The notes under the pieces: model-generated
Databases searched by the model: none
Told to the model about the DNA's origin: nothing
The model's input: only the letters and a program-made list of their open reading frames with translations
Origin: Anthoceros angustus
Taxonomy: Eukaryota > Plantae > Anthocerotophyta
Direction: 5' to 3'
Assembly: GCA_010909165.1 (NCBI GenBank)
Contig: MU008179.1
Location: forward strand, 930,001 to 994,000
Length of the DNA: 64,000 nt
Program-made: the position numbers and the translations under genes
In this document: positions 36,601 through 48,759 of the stretch, piece by piece
Layout of the letters: each line of letters starts with the position of its first letter
Position numbering within the stretch: position 1 is the first letter of the stretch

Positions 36601-37456
36601 TCCCCACGCGCCTGTGGCTGGTTGGAGACGTCCGATTGACAGAGGTGGTGTGCGAGGCGCTCCTAGGGGTGGTCGAGCTTGCTCCGCTGGGGAGGAGGGG
36701 TGATAAAGCAATCTTGGCGACAAAGGAGGAGGAAACCAAGGGATTGGCGGGGCGGTGGAGCTTGCTCAACGCCTGTGTGGCCGGGGTTCTTCTTTCCTTC
36801 ACACTTGTCCTGCTAGTTGTGTTCAAATTGAGAGAGAAGTGTTGAGTGGATGGTTGGAAGCCTGAGGCGAATTGAGAGAGAGAGAGAGGGAGAAGATTGG
36901 GTGAAGGAGTGACTAAACATCAGACGCTGGCGAGGTGTGAGAGAGGTTGAGAAGGGAACTAATTGAGAGACTAGCGGTGGAGATTTGTGTGAATCCAAAA
37001 GAAACCAAACCGGTCTGGTGGAAGCGTGCACAAGGGAACAGCGTTCCCTTGTAAAATGTGAGTGTGGCCCTTTTGTGTGTGTGTGGAGCGGTGAGGATTT
37101 GTGGAATTTAGGTCCCTAGGAATCGGTGTGTGTGTGCATGAAATGTGGAGTGCAGAATAAAGCGGATCCTGCACGGTGGGCCGTGAGATCCGCGCGTCTT
37201 GAAATAAGTCGCTAGGGTTTGGGTGTGGGACCCACCTCGGTGGTCGACTACCCGGTAGAGCCACCGCGGTGGTGGAATAAGATTTGCGGTCGTGGAATAA
37301 GAGCCGTGGTAGCTAGACAAGTCGGGGTAGTAGTGGTTGAGTAGATAGGTAAGAGGAGTAATAGCAAGTAAGTCTTGACTTAGGTGAAGGTCGATGGCGA
37401 TAGAAGTTAGTCTCTTGGCACAAACCATTCCCTTGGGAGCGAATCCTAAGCCTACA
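33664..37456 (+). mobile_element. Giant (3.8-kb) LTR-like segment with U3 ORF; no TSD
   Basis: Termini TGTAG...CTACA. Same layout as the other giant LTRs: ORF 34267-34836 and downstream pieces, TATA-like gtataagag ~36552, GA-rich tract ~36870. The flanks gtctt/acgac do not match. Confidence 0.65.
34267..35700 (+). pseudogene. U3-encoded accessory ORF
   Basis: LKLGFMEERWNYMNLGLVQECARHL..FRAKPQDWDLELVRRVYG..EPNGWLT..HLVHLY, followed by coiled-coil pieces. Confidence 0.65.
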
Positions 37457-39390
37457 ACGACATTGAGGGCGAATGGACCCCTACGGTGTCCTCGGACACA
37501 ACCACACTCCACATTTTGGCGCCACGGATCGAACGGGTCACCCGCGTGACAGTGAATACTCACCACTATACTACAACGCGACATATCAGGGCGAATGTGG
37601 ACCTCACGGTGTCCCCGGACACAACCACACTCCATGCCTTCCTCCTCCTCCAAAATCCTCCATCAAGTCGATCGCGGTTGTTAGGATGACCAAGAGGTTC
37701 AAGCACGTATGGCGTGTCCTTCACCACCTGCGCCAAACACCTGGTAGACGCAGGCAATGAGGTTCTCATGATTCTTGCCATGTACCGCAGAGGATGCGGC
37801 AATCCGTTTTATGCTCCATTTTCCACTGGTCGATAGTAGATTGTCTCAGTCCACAAATCCATCATGACTCGGTTTGTACAAAGCGTCCGCCTCCCAAAAG
37901 AAGACATCAAATGTCAGACCAAGGGTACCTGACAAAGGTGAAGTCACTGTTTGGTTTGAATGAAACCTTCAGCTTGTACCTTGTCACCCCAACACATGCT
38001 TCGTGGTCCTAGTGCGGTCTAGATCTTCCACTTGGTTTCCTTCAACCTTTCTTGGTGGAGACCCAAGCCTTCACTCTTCTTCCAACGATCATCTACCGTT
38101 CGTGTCAACTCCTGCGCGAATCCATTGATTTCAATGTGCCTTCCGATTGACCAAAGCCAGACTCGTGCAGTAGCATCGCCACGAGATGCTTCAGGTCCTA
38201 ATGACATCATCTATCCTGGGCAAATCTTGGACACGCTTTTGTCTTCAAGGGTTGTCAACATCCATCAGATGACTCATCTTCTTCGGCCCTCCGATGATGA
38301 ATCGCCGCTTCCTTGATCTTCGCCTTCCGCACCAACTTCCAGCTTTGCAAGGTGCCACGAGCGCCATCGCCTTCTTTGATGCTTCCCGCTTTTGTCCACG
38401 GACACAAATCCACACACTCCACATTTTGCGGGCGCTTGGATCGAACGGTCACCCAGCTGAATACTCACCACTATACTACAAGCGACATTGAGGGCGAATG
38501 TGGACCTCACGGTGTCCTGACACAAACCACACTGTCTTCCTCCTCCTCGTCAAAATCCTCCATCAAGTCAGTCGCGGTTGTTAGACAGACGCCAAGAGGT
38601 TCAAGCACGTATGGCGTGTCCTTCACCACCGCCAAACATTGGGTAAGCGCCCAGCAATGAGGTTCTCATGATTCTTGCCATGCACTGCAGAGGGATGCGG
38701 GCAATCCGTTCATCGGTTTTGCTCCAGCTTCTCCGGCACGTCGATAGTAGGTGTCTCGTCCACAAATCCACCATGACTCGGTTTGTACAAAGCGTCCGCT
38801 CCCAAAGACATCAAATGTGTATGCATCGTGACCAAGCGGTGTACCTCGACAAAGGTGAAGTCTGTTCTTGGTTTGAATGAAACCTTGACCTTGTACCTTG
38901 TCACCCCAACACATGCCGTGGTCCCTGTGCGGTCTAGATCTTCCACTTGGTTTCCTTCAACCTTTCTTGGTGGAGACCCAGCTTCCTTCACTCTTCTTCC
39001 AACGATCATCGGTGTGCTCCGGTGTCAATCAACACCCTCCTTGGTGCGAATCCATTGATTTCAATGTGCCTCTCCCGATTGTTGACCAAAGCCACCCCGA
39101 CTCGTGTAGCATTCCGCTTTTCCACAGAGATGCTTGGTTCGGAGGTCAGCAATGACATCATTGCTATCTGCTGTGGCAAATCTTGGACACTTGCTTTGTC
39201 TTCAAGGGTTGTCAACATCCGCCGAGTCAAACCCCTGACTTCCCCTGACTTGTGCTCATCTTCTTCGTCCTCTGATGATGAACTGCTGCTCTCCTTGATC
39301 TTCGCCTTCCACTGCTTCTCCGGCTTTGCAAGGCGTGCCGCGTATGTCCATCGTCTTCTTTGATGCTTCCGTTTCTTTTGTCACGGGACT
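37457..39390. repeat. Tandem duplication of the protease/linker region (~1 kb x2 plus shorter subrepeats)
   Basis: 37500-38400 repeats at 38410-39390 (e.g. caaaatcctccatcaagtc; gaggttctcatgattcttgccatg; tctagatcttccacttggtttccttcaacc). Confidence 0.85.
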
Positions 39391-40904
39391 TGGTGCCTCC
39401 TCCGGCGCCTTTGCTCTTCTGATTTTGTGGATGAGGTTGGCGGATGCATTGGCGGGGTTCTTTCGATAACCCGTAGGCGCAATTCGGATGCTTCTCCCAA
39501 CATGCCGCTTCATTGTGCCGTACCTCCCACACTAGGGCATGGCTCCTCACCCTTGACTCCTCCCAGATGCATGCTCGCACTCATGAGGGGAATGGTCCGT
39601 CCCTCGGCACCTCAGCGAGGCTCGTCACTTGGGGTGTGTGTGGGGTGGCTTGTCTCGAGCTCCTCCACTCGACCTCCTCAGCGTCGGTCATGTCCACCAC
39701 TCCTACTTGTCTTTGAGTAATCACTTGCAGCCACGAGAGAAAGTGTCGGGGCCCTATCTTGTCGACCATCTCGTACACTTCCTTGAGGGTGTAGTGTTGC
39801 CCCCTCTTTGTGCACGCTTGTTGCACCTTCATCGCGGTGCATATGGCAATGCCAAGTACTTCTCTGCGGCCCGATCGGTCACTCATGATCTTGGTGTCAC
39901 GTACCAAGCGGTCGATTCTTGATAAGCCATCTTCGGTCGCTGACTTCATCTTGAAGTGTGTCGGCTCGGAGATCTTCTCATCCGTGCTTGCGAAACTCCG
40001 GAAGATGTCAAACATCTCTTGATGGGATCGTGCCCACTCGGTGCGCCACTCCGTCTGCTGGTTCCCAGCTACTACTCTTTGGTCCTCCGGATGTGCGCTC
40101 AACAAGCCTTGTGCTCGCGATAACGCCAATGATCATCCCCAAGTACTTGGCATTTGGATGAAGCCGTATCGCTGTATCGGTCTTCAATTCCATCTCCGCA
40201 CACACTGCCGTACTTCTCGATGAAGTCCTCCGGTGGCAAGGTGCCGCTCGTCTGAACAACTCCATTCGATCCTTGTCTCCTCCCATCTTGGCGACTCCAA
40301 GAGACAAGTCCTCCTCATTGTGCTTGTTGTCGGCGGCACTAACGTGTCTTGTGTGTTGCCACTCACGGATCCTTCAAAGATTGTTGATTGTGTCATTTGG
40401 GTTCCTCCGCGTCCTTTTGGTACCAAAATCGAGGTGTTCGCACTTCTCTCTTGGTGGGACTTGAATTCGCTGATGGACTTTGGTTGGTAGCTCCGTCCGG
40501 ATCAGTGTGTCGCATGCACTCCAGGCGGTTAGTGGCTAGATCAAACCCTTAATCAAGGTTAACACACCCCGCTATCTTAGATCGTGATTAGTGAAACCTC
40601 TAAGTATCTATGCATGTTAAATTGCATACAAATACTCTGCTATACAAAAAATGTGAGCTGGGTGAGTTGGATAGCAAAGGCATAAGAACTCCAGTTAAGC
40701 ACCGTGGTGGATCGTACTGGATGGGGTGCCGGGTTGGGAGTTTTGGACAGAAAGTGAAATCAAATGGGTGATGACATATGTCTATCCACTTCTCCCTTAT
40801 CCCTTGGAATCCCCAAGAGTAAAATACTCTTGTTTCTCCCTTGGTTGGTTGGCCTTAAAAGGCCACCCTTGTGGAGGCCTCATTCCTCCTTGGATGGGCT
40901 TCTT

Positions 40905-41105
40905 CGCCTCCTTGGCCTTGACTTGGGCCTTTCGCCTCCTCTCCTTGGCCTTGGACTTGGGCTTGCCTCCTCTCCTTGGCCTTGGACTTGGGCTCCCTCT
41001 CAGGCCTTGGCCTTGGGCTTGCCTCTCCTTGGCCTTGGCCTCTCCTCTTGGCCTTGGGCCCTCCCTGGCCTCAAGCCTTGGGCACACTAGGTCCCTTGCC
41101 TACTT
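40905..41105. repeat. CCTTGG/CTTGGC low-complexity tandem array in the gypsy leader
   Basis: About 20 degenerate ccttgg units. Confidence 0.85.
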
Positions 41106-41189
41106 GCAAGGCTAGCATCGCCTCGCGTAACCCTGCTTGGCGCCTAGCATCGCACTAAGCCTGCCACGGCCTATCTAGCGTCACCACGA

Positions 41190-41199
41190 GATCATAGCT
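41190..41199 (-). promoter_or_regulatory. Non-tRNA, self-complementary primer-binding site
   Basis: - strand AGCTATGATC follows the LTR end. 41190-41202 is the exact reverse complement of 41335-41347 inside the LTR. Confidence 0.75.
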
Positions 41200-41742
41200 T
41201 GTAACAATGAGGGAGTAGCTCGCACGCCGTGGCACAAACACACTCCCCACGAGAACAACACGCAAATTCCTCACACATCGCCTCTGAGTCATAGCTTTGG
41301 CCTCCTCACAACACCTGCATTAGATATCTAGAGGACAAGCTATGATCCGAGCTTGTCCTCAATGGAAGGGTCTATATATACTAGACCTCGCATCGGCATA
41401 TTCCTAAGATATCCTATTGGCATGATATGCCAAATATCCTAAGAATACACTATAATATGCAAGGAATATGCCAAAGCATATTTATTACTTAAGCTTATCC
41501 ACTTAGCTATTGTATCCTAAGAATACATTATAATATGCAAGGAATATGCCAAAGCATATTACTTGAGCTTATCCACTTAGCTATTGCTAACCATGTTTAA
41601 TTAACACTAATCAATACTTAATTAACATAAGCATATTAGATTAATTAACACTAGTTATTTACTTAAAGATAAGTAATTAGATTAATTAATGCTAATCAAA
41701 CACTAAATCCAAGTGCAGAGATTAGTATCACACGGCATGACA
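41200..41742 (-). repeat. 5' LTR (543 bp)
   Basis: - strand TGTCA...TTACA; TATATATA at 41380-41373; internal AT-rich tandem subrepeats; the outer edge interrupts the Copia linker. Confidence 0.8.
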
Positions 41743-43969
41743 ATGGTTTCAAGGCTCAGGTGGTTCCCGTCACTGCAAAACGAATGATGAGAACAAATGG
41801 AGAGCTTTTAGAGGAAGGACAACAGACTTTGGATGTCGCTTGGTCGCACTCTACGTTGGGGGAGGAGTCAAGGGTATACTAGAGAATACAACAAAGCTCT
41901 CAAGAGAAGAGCTTTGATTTAAGACGATATGGAACGAATACGCAATGTCGCAGCTGGGATGGATTCAATATCCGCTCAGGCGTCGGATGAGTCACAGCAG
42001 AGCCCCCTTCATATTCCTCTAGTTTAGAGTAGATAGATTGAAAGTATTGGTTCGACAGAGACAGGTTCGGTGTTTTTGTGGTATAGTAAGCCATCCAGTG
42101 GTCCTGGACATTGAAGTACAAGGGTTGGATGTTGTGATGGACCTGTGAGGGGGCCAGCCGGCTGGCACTCGTAAACATCAATGTAGTGCAGGCTACTATT
42201 AGACATGTCGTGTGGCATTGTATGAAATCCCGGAATGGGGCCGATGTTTTGAATATAACATCAAAGGGCGGTTTTCGGACAGGGCAGTATTTGGTCAAGA
42301 GGGTCCGACCCCAAAAGAAGAGGGTTTGTATATTCCCCCCCTTGCAAAATTATCAGGAGCAGCTCCTGATTCAAAGATAATGGCTTCAGGTGGAGCAAGG
42401 AGTGCAGGAGGAGGATCAGGGGCAGGGACTACTTTTTGTCCTGGTTCCACCTCTGCTGGGGCATCAGCCATATCGGTAGCCAAAAGAGGTAAATCTGCCT
42501 CGATACCATGGACATCTGGGATGTCCATGTCCATGACCAGATCACCATCAGCATCTAGATAGTAATCCGGTAATAAAGGGTCTTCATCAGGCTCCGGAGG
42601 TAAAGCTCCCTCTGTGGAGTGAAAAAGTTTTGTCATTTAGGTAGGAGGTAGGGAAGTCCCGTGGGTAGGTGGTTTCTGACCAGCGTAGCAGGATCGCGAC
42701 TCGAGATGTCGTAGATGGTTGGTAGATAGTCCGGTAGGTCGGTAGTAAGAATGAGACTTAGAATGGGGTACTAACCTTTAGGATTTACAGACTAGCACTT
42801 AGTTTTATAAGCAAAAAGTCCTTGGGCTTTGGTAGGTCGTGGTAGGGAAAAAAAGTACTTTGATCTTCGGAGGATGGGGTAGGTGACCCTTGGCCTTAGG
42901 GTCGAAAGAGTTGGAGCGATTATTCCGAGGAGCAAGGAAGGCAACTTCCTTGGCCTTCGAAAATCGCGCATGCTGGAGGGCTATATATGCATCTAAGAGG
43001 GGGTTCGATATAGTAAATCCGGTTTTGAATGGTGGCACCGTTGATGTGCCACGTGGCGGTCATCGTGATGGAGCTGTGGAACGCCAAATTTTGGGTCCAC
43101 GGTTAGAAGAGGGGTGGATGCCTCCTAGATTTGTTCATATTAGTTAGGTTTTATTTTTCTTTTTTTTTCTTTTTCTCACCAACAGATCATTGACGGAAGA
43201 TGAACAGATGAATTGAGAAGCGGCTGACAGTTTTCCCCGATCGACGGGATGAAAGGAGGAAAAACGGGCTTCAAAACGGGTCCAACGGTTAGAAAGGACG
43301 GAGGTCCGGACGGAAGGTCTGGACAGGAGGGTTGGAAGAATTTACGCGCGAAAGGGAGGTTCGCGAAAGGCCGAACCTGCAGAAAAGGAGGGTTGGTGCC
43401 GGGCCTAGTGGCGGCGCAGTCACGCCTCCCGGGCCTGAACGCATGAGTAAGGTTCTTACTCCGGAAGACGCGCCGAGAGCTTCGCAGCGGCAGTGCGCCG
43501 CAAATTCCAGCATGAGCGAGGTTGGAGGTGAGCTGAGCGGACAAAGCGAGAGGAAGGAGGCGAACAAGACCTAAGGAGGGAGCGATGCAAGCATATATAG
43601 AGAAATCATCCTTGGCGCCGAGGAGGAAATCAGTCCCTTGGCCTCTGAGGGTTTCTGACAAAAGCGCAAGAATTAGACGGGTTAGGCCATCGACTTTTGC
43701 ATGTCTCACGATTTTTCTTCCTTGGCCTTTGGGAATTGGCAGCCGGAGAATTTCTTCCTTGGCCTTCGTGGTTGAGGAATTTCTAACGCTACCAAGGGGA
43801 AAGGTCCTTGGCCTTGGGGGAAATTTTGTCCTTGGCCTTTGGGTGTGGAAAATCCTCCTCACCCTATATATGAAGTGAGGGGAGTGTTTAGCTCATTTCT
43901 TTGGTTGTGAGGACCAAGGACGGAGGACGAGGCAATCCGGGATGACCGGAGAACACTTAGAAGAATTTT

Positions 43970-46850
43970 GGAGGAGAAAATCGATCGCATGCAGAAGGAT
44001 TTTTGGAAGAGACCGCCCGGCGGTGGTCGAGATGAAGACGCTGCACCCGAGGAGTGCGCAAGGCGCCAAAGAAGGAGGGAGCGAGCCCACAAGAAGGAGA
44101 AGAAGAAGAGAAAGCGGAAGGAGAAGCCCGAGAAGGATCAGCCGAGAAGGAGGGGCCGTGATTTCAGCTGGCAAGTCTCCTCCAGAGACTTATGGGATTT
44201 TCGACAAGGGCTACGAAAATGTGCCCAAAGGTTTACAGGGCCTTGGCCTATTCTAATGTGGAATTGGTTGAGTCTTGCCACAGCTCGAATCGACGGAGGG
44301 AGAAACAGAGGACCTGACGGAGAGGAATGTGCGGACAGATCCGAAGGGATGGACTGTCCAGCACATTCGTAAGGTGTATGGGAGGCCAGAAACCGAGACT
44401 GATGGTGTGGCTCCCACGGAGAGGAATGAAGATGGAAAGAGAGCAGTGGTGGCTGACCTTCCTGAGGAAGCTCTCAGCATGCTCATCGGAGGGATAGACG
44501 CGAAGACGCGGAATGGCCGGAGGAGATAAGATTGTCGACCTCAAGTGGAAGCTTTTACAAGGATAGTTTTGGGTGACTCCACCGAACCACCTACTTGATG
44601 CATTCTTTCATTTCATGTGGAAGTCAAGCAAGGAGCTCACCGACTGGGGACAACCATGTCAAGGCCTATGAGCATCACCGAGACAAGTCGAGGCCAAACA
44701 TTGTGGATAATGAGGGGCGAGGCATACCATTTGAGTACTTACCTTGTGCGGTTGTGGGGGCACATGGGTTATCGACTAAGAAGAGCTGGAGGAGTCTTAC
44801 CAGCTTGAAGTGGTCCCTCCGAGGGACGACAGGGTCCCTCTCCTAAGAAGGTGAAGAAGGCAGAGGAGGAACCCAAGGTGGAGCAAGGAGTGCTTCACCT
44901 CGTGTGGTGATCTTGGATGATGAGACCACCCCGGCCCCGACGCCAAGGAAGGAGAAGTGCCGTCTGTGGGGAGACAAGGGCACAAGAGGAAGAGGTGGCG
45001 GTGCCACCATGTGTGGAGGCAACCCCATGGAGTGTGGTGGTGGAACTAACCCACCCCAGGAGATGACCGAGTCACAGGAGTTCCACCCAATATCGACAGT
45101 CAGGAGTGGAGAGACTGCTCACCAAGAGAAAGGCAGTCAGAGTCGACCCCAGGAGGGGAATGAGAAGACAAAGGCTTTGAAGGATCTGCTGACCATCTGT
45201 CAGCTAATTGATACTCCATTAGTGAAGCAAGCCTTACAGGAAGTAGAGGAGTTGGAGGTGAGAGCTGTCGTGAGGACAGCCGAAGCGATTGCCCTACAAT
45301 CAGGTGGGGAGAAGGATAGCAAGGCTATCAAGGAGATGGCGTTGGCAAAGGGGCGCCTAGTTGACCTGGAGAGAAGGTTGGGGCTCAGCAAGATTGAAGA
45401 ACAGAGGCTGAGACAAGAAAGTAGGGAGCGAATGAAGGAAGTGGCTACCTCAACCGAAAGATTGAGGAGACTCCGTGGGAAGGAGTGGCGAGAACTCTTT
45501 TTGAGAAGAAGAGAATAGGGACAAGGCATCGGGGAGGCCGAGGCCAAGCCAAGAATGAAGAATCGAGGCCAAGCTCAAGGAGCTGGAGGAAGGACAGCCA
45601 CATGGAGCAAGGAGCGTGAGGAGCTCATGAAGCAAGCAACGGAGGACCAGCGGTGGAAGGAAGAGGTAGCCCACCGGAGGAAAATGATGCATCGCATCTT
45701 GGTCAGAAGCAACGCTTCCAGCTGATTATGCATGGCGCAAGGGATCTTGGAGGCATGGAAGAGAGATGTCACTTCTGACCGTTTGAGTGAGGTGACGCTG
45801 AGAGGGATGCTGCAGTAAGATAGCCTCGGGAGTGGCACGAGGAATTTGATGAGATTTGTTTGAAGGGCCGGAGATGCAGTCCACTTACATGCTAGGGTCA
45901 ACAAGTTTGCCAAGGAGATGCGTTCCTTGTTGACAAGGAAGTTGTTGGGTCCCCACGATGACGAGGAGATTTTGGAAGAATCTCACTCCTTCAGCCGAGA
46001 AGGAAGAAGAGAGGAGGAAGAAGAGCTGGAGGAGAGGCCCCAAGCCAAGAATGAAGAATCGAGGCCAAGCTCAAGGAGCCGGAGGAAGGACAGCCACATG
46101 GAGCAAGGAGCGTGAGGAGCTCATGAAGCAAGCAACGGAGGTCGACCAACGGTGGAAGGAAGAGGTAGCCCACCGGAGGAAAATGATGCATCGATGTCGG
46201 TCGTCAGAAGCAACGCCCAGCCGATATGCATGGCGCAAGGGATACCGGAGGCATGGAAGAGAGATGTCACTTCTGACCGTTTGAGTGAGGTGACGCTGAG
46301 AGGGATGCTATGGTAAGATAGCCTCGTGGAGAGTGGCCCGAGGAATTTGATGAGATTTGTTTGAAGGGCCGTGAGATGCAGTCCACTTACATGCTAGGGT
46401 CAACAAGTTTGCTAAGGAGATGCGTTCCTTGTTGACAAGGAAGTTGTTGGGTCCCCACGATGACGGGGAGATTTTGAAGAATTGCACCTCAACTGGAGAT
46501 TCGGGACTTGGAGAGTGAAATGGATGCGAAGGCTCAATGTGGGAGGAGCCAATGGAAGAGGAAGAGATTTCCAGCAGCCGTAGAGTTGGTGGGGTGTCCG
46601 GCAGATGTGCCGCAGACCAACACCCAACCGCCTGAGGTAATTGCCGGGCTGTGACAGATGGCTACAGAGAGCCTCTACAAGAGCGCCTGCAAGAGGGGTG
46701 GCCCAGCCTCATCACAAGATCGCCGAGACAGGTGTGGAGGTTCCTGTCGCGACGACGAGTGAAGAGATCCGGACGGGGAACAGTCCCCCAGCAAAGAGGA
46801 GGAAGACGGTGGTTGGGCGCCTGGCCATGCCAACGCCCAAGAAGAAGTAG
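43970..46850 (+). pseudogene. U3-encoded accessory ORF (frameshifted)
   Basis: VRTDPKGWTVQHIRKVYGRP..TRNG..LTDWG, then coiled-coil ORF 44904-45518. Confidence 0.6.
45540..46480. repeat. Tandem duplication (~450-500 bp x2)
   Basis: caagccaagaatgaagaatcgaggcc...gttgttgggtccccacgatgacg at 45545-45965 and 46040-46465. Confidence 0.9.
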
Positions 46851-47407
46851 GCAGATAGTTGGTAGGGGAGTGAATGGGTCATTAAGACCCCTAGGGGGTT
46901 AGTGGGATTGTTAGGAGGTAGGTTAAGAACCTTTTAAGAGGCCACCTACTTAAAAACCGTAAGCAACCCCACCTACCCCACCAGACTTAATTAATGCTAG
47001 GGTTTGGGGGAGCTCCTATAAGAGGGGGAGGAGCTCCCATAATAAAATGTCATGCCTTGCCTCCGACCAGGTGTGCTTGTCTTGCTACACAAGCGTGCGT
47101 CACCGTGTGAGGTGCATGGTGTCCGTAGGGTCTTGAGGTGCGGTGACTGTGGTGAGGCGGGCCCAAACCTTTCTTCTGGAGGTAGCACCGGGTAGCGTCG
47201 AGCGTGAGGGAGCGCATTGTGGTTGCGTGACGGTGCGGCTGCATCGTGAGGAGGAAGACCCCTAGCAAAATCCAAAGACGCGGACGCCACTTGCAGCCAA
47301 ATGTCCGGCCTAGGTCCGTGAGGGCAATGCCCTATGATCCGAGGCGCTGCCGAGGAGGCGGAGGGCGCCTGTAATGAGAAGTTAGCTAGGAAGAGTGGAA
47401 GAGGTAG

Positions 47408-47590
47408 ATTAGAGAAGAGAAGAGAGAGAAAAGAGAGAAAAGAGAAAAGAAAAGAGAGAGAGAGAGAGAGCGAGAGAGGACGAGAGAGGAGCTAGAGAGG
47501 ATAGGGAGCAAGAGAGGAGAAGGAAGGAGCAAGAGAAAAGAGAAAAGACAAAAGAGAAGAGAGGAGGAAGAAACCTAGAAAAGAGAGGGA
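47408..47590. repeat. GA-rich microsatellite/purine tract in LTR R/U5
   Basis: (GA)n and GAAAA runs. Confidence 0.9.
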
Positions 47591-48759
47591 AGGTGAAATT
47601 TCAAGGGTCGTGACAAGAGCTTGAGGGGCGGCCCCAAATTTGTCATGAGAAGGGTCTTAGGGGAGTGTAGGAACTGCTACTGGTGGGAGGATTGCCCATC
47701 AGACGGTGATTTGGGGTCCCCAAGGTCGCCGGCAGATTGGGCGGTGCCTCTCGCGACGAGGGTCCGCTACGGACGAGTCATCGCGCGAGGGTAGTGTGAC
47801 TTACCGAGGGGTGGGTCACCGTGGTGGCGCCTGTAGGAGGCGCTTAGTCAGCCGGGCGACGGAGCCGAGAGTCGAGAGGTCGCCGTGGAGGGCGCACCCT
47901 CCATCCGCAAGTGGGAAGGGCTCCCCACCCTTCGTGGAACGAAACCCACGACGAACCGATGCTGGGATAAGTGTGGCCGCTACAGGGCTGAGGGTTCCGG
48001 GGGTCCCGGGAACCTCCCACCACAGGAGCACAACTGGGAAAATCGCCATTGAGATCGCATGTGATGTACTGAAAAACCCTCAGTGAGCCGTGGGGGCAGT
48101 TCGAGTAAATGGCGAAGAAGTCGGCGGCCGCGAGCGTGAGGAGGAAGACGTATGTGAGCGCAAGTTGGAGATTTTTGCGCGCAAGGAAGGGCGAGCCGGA
48201 CTTTCTCAAGCGAAGGCAAGAAGAGGAGACCACCAGCATTTTTTTGGAGTGAAGAAGGAGGAAGCGCGAGGCAGTGCCCCGACCTCTTTGAAGGGAGCGA
48301 TTGCGAAGAGGGGCGAGGTGAGCTGGAAGCAGAGGCCTGGCAAAAACACAAACTTAGGCACGCAAGGCCAAGAGAGTTTGTTGGAGAAAAAGCGAGTGGG
48401 TGCTAGGTGGTGTTTGAGCTGAGAATTGTGAAGGCGCGCAAGTTGGAGAGGAGCTAGGAGGGTGAGCGATTGCTGAAGGCAGGGGAGCTGCCTTTTTGGC
48501 GAATGTTGGAGGGGAGTTTGTGGGGTTTGATTCCAGTCTGAGGGAGGGAGACCACTTGATTGGCGACCTTGGTGCCTTTCTCTTTGCTTACTCTCCCTCT
48601 CTAGCCTGATAGGTTGCTTCCTCCTATCCTCCAAATTCCATCCTTGTGTGTGCTCCTTCTGTGCAGATGGTGAGAATTGTAAGGATGGGTGATGGCACCC
48701 CAACTGAAGGGGATGTGAGAAAGGCAGTGCCGCCCACACCTCCCAGTCGAGGCAAAGGT

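Larger units (their letters stand above)
37457..41742 (-). mobile_element. 5' part of a Ty3/gypsy element: LTR, leader, gag, Zn knuckle, protease, duplicated linker
   Basis: LTR 41200-41742; gag ORFs 39581-40129 and 40008-40426; knuckle remnant (..HNEAACWEKHP ~39530-39490); protease RRVLIDTGA ~39040-39015. Possibly the 5' half of gypsy B. Confidence 0.75.
43075..48024 (+). mobile_element. Solo LTR (4.95 kb) nested in the previous solo LTR
   Basis: TSD GGAGC at 43070-43074 and 48025-48029; termini TGTGG...CCACA. The 3' end (gggataagtgtggcc..gaacct..caca) resembles that of its host LTR. TATA ctataaga ~47016. Confidence 0.92.

Noticed and set aside
40726-41158. LGLGL/PWPW-repeat ORFs resembling membrane or structural proteins
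   Set aside because: Translations of the CCTTGG tandem array in a retrotransposon leader.
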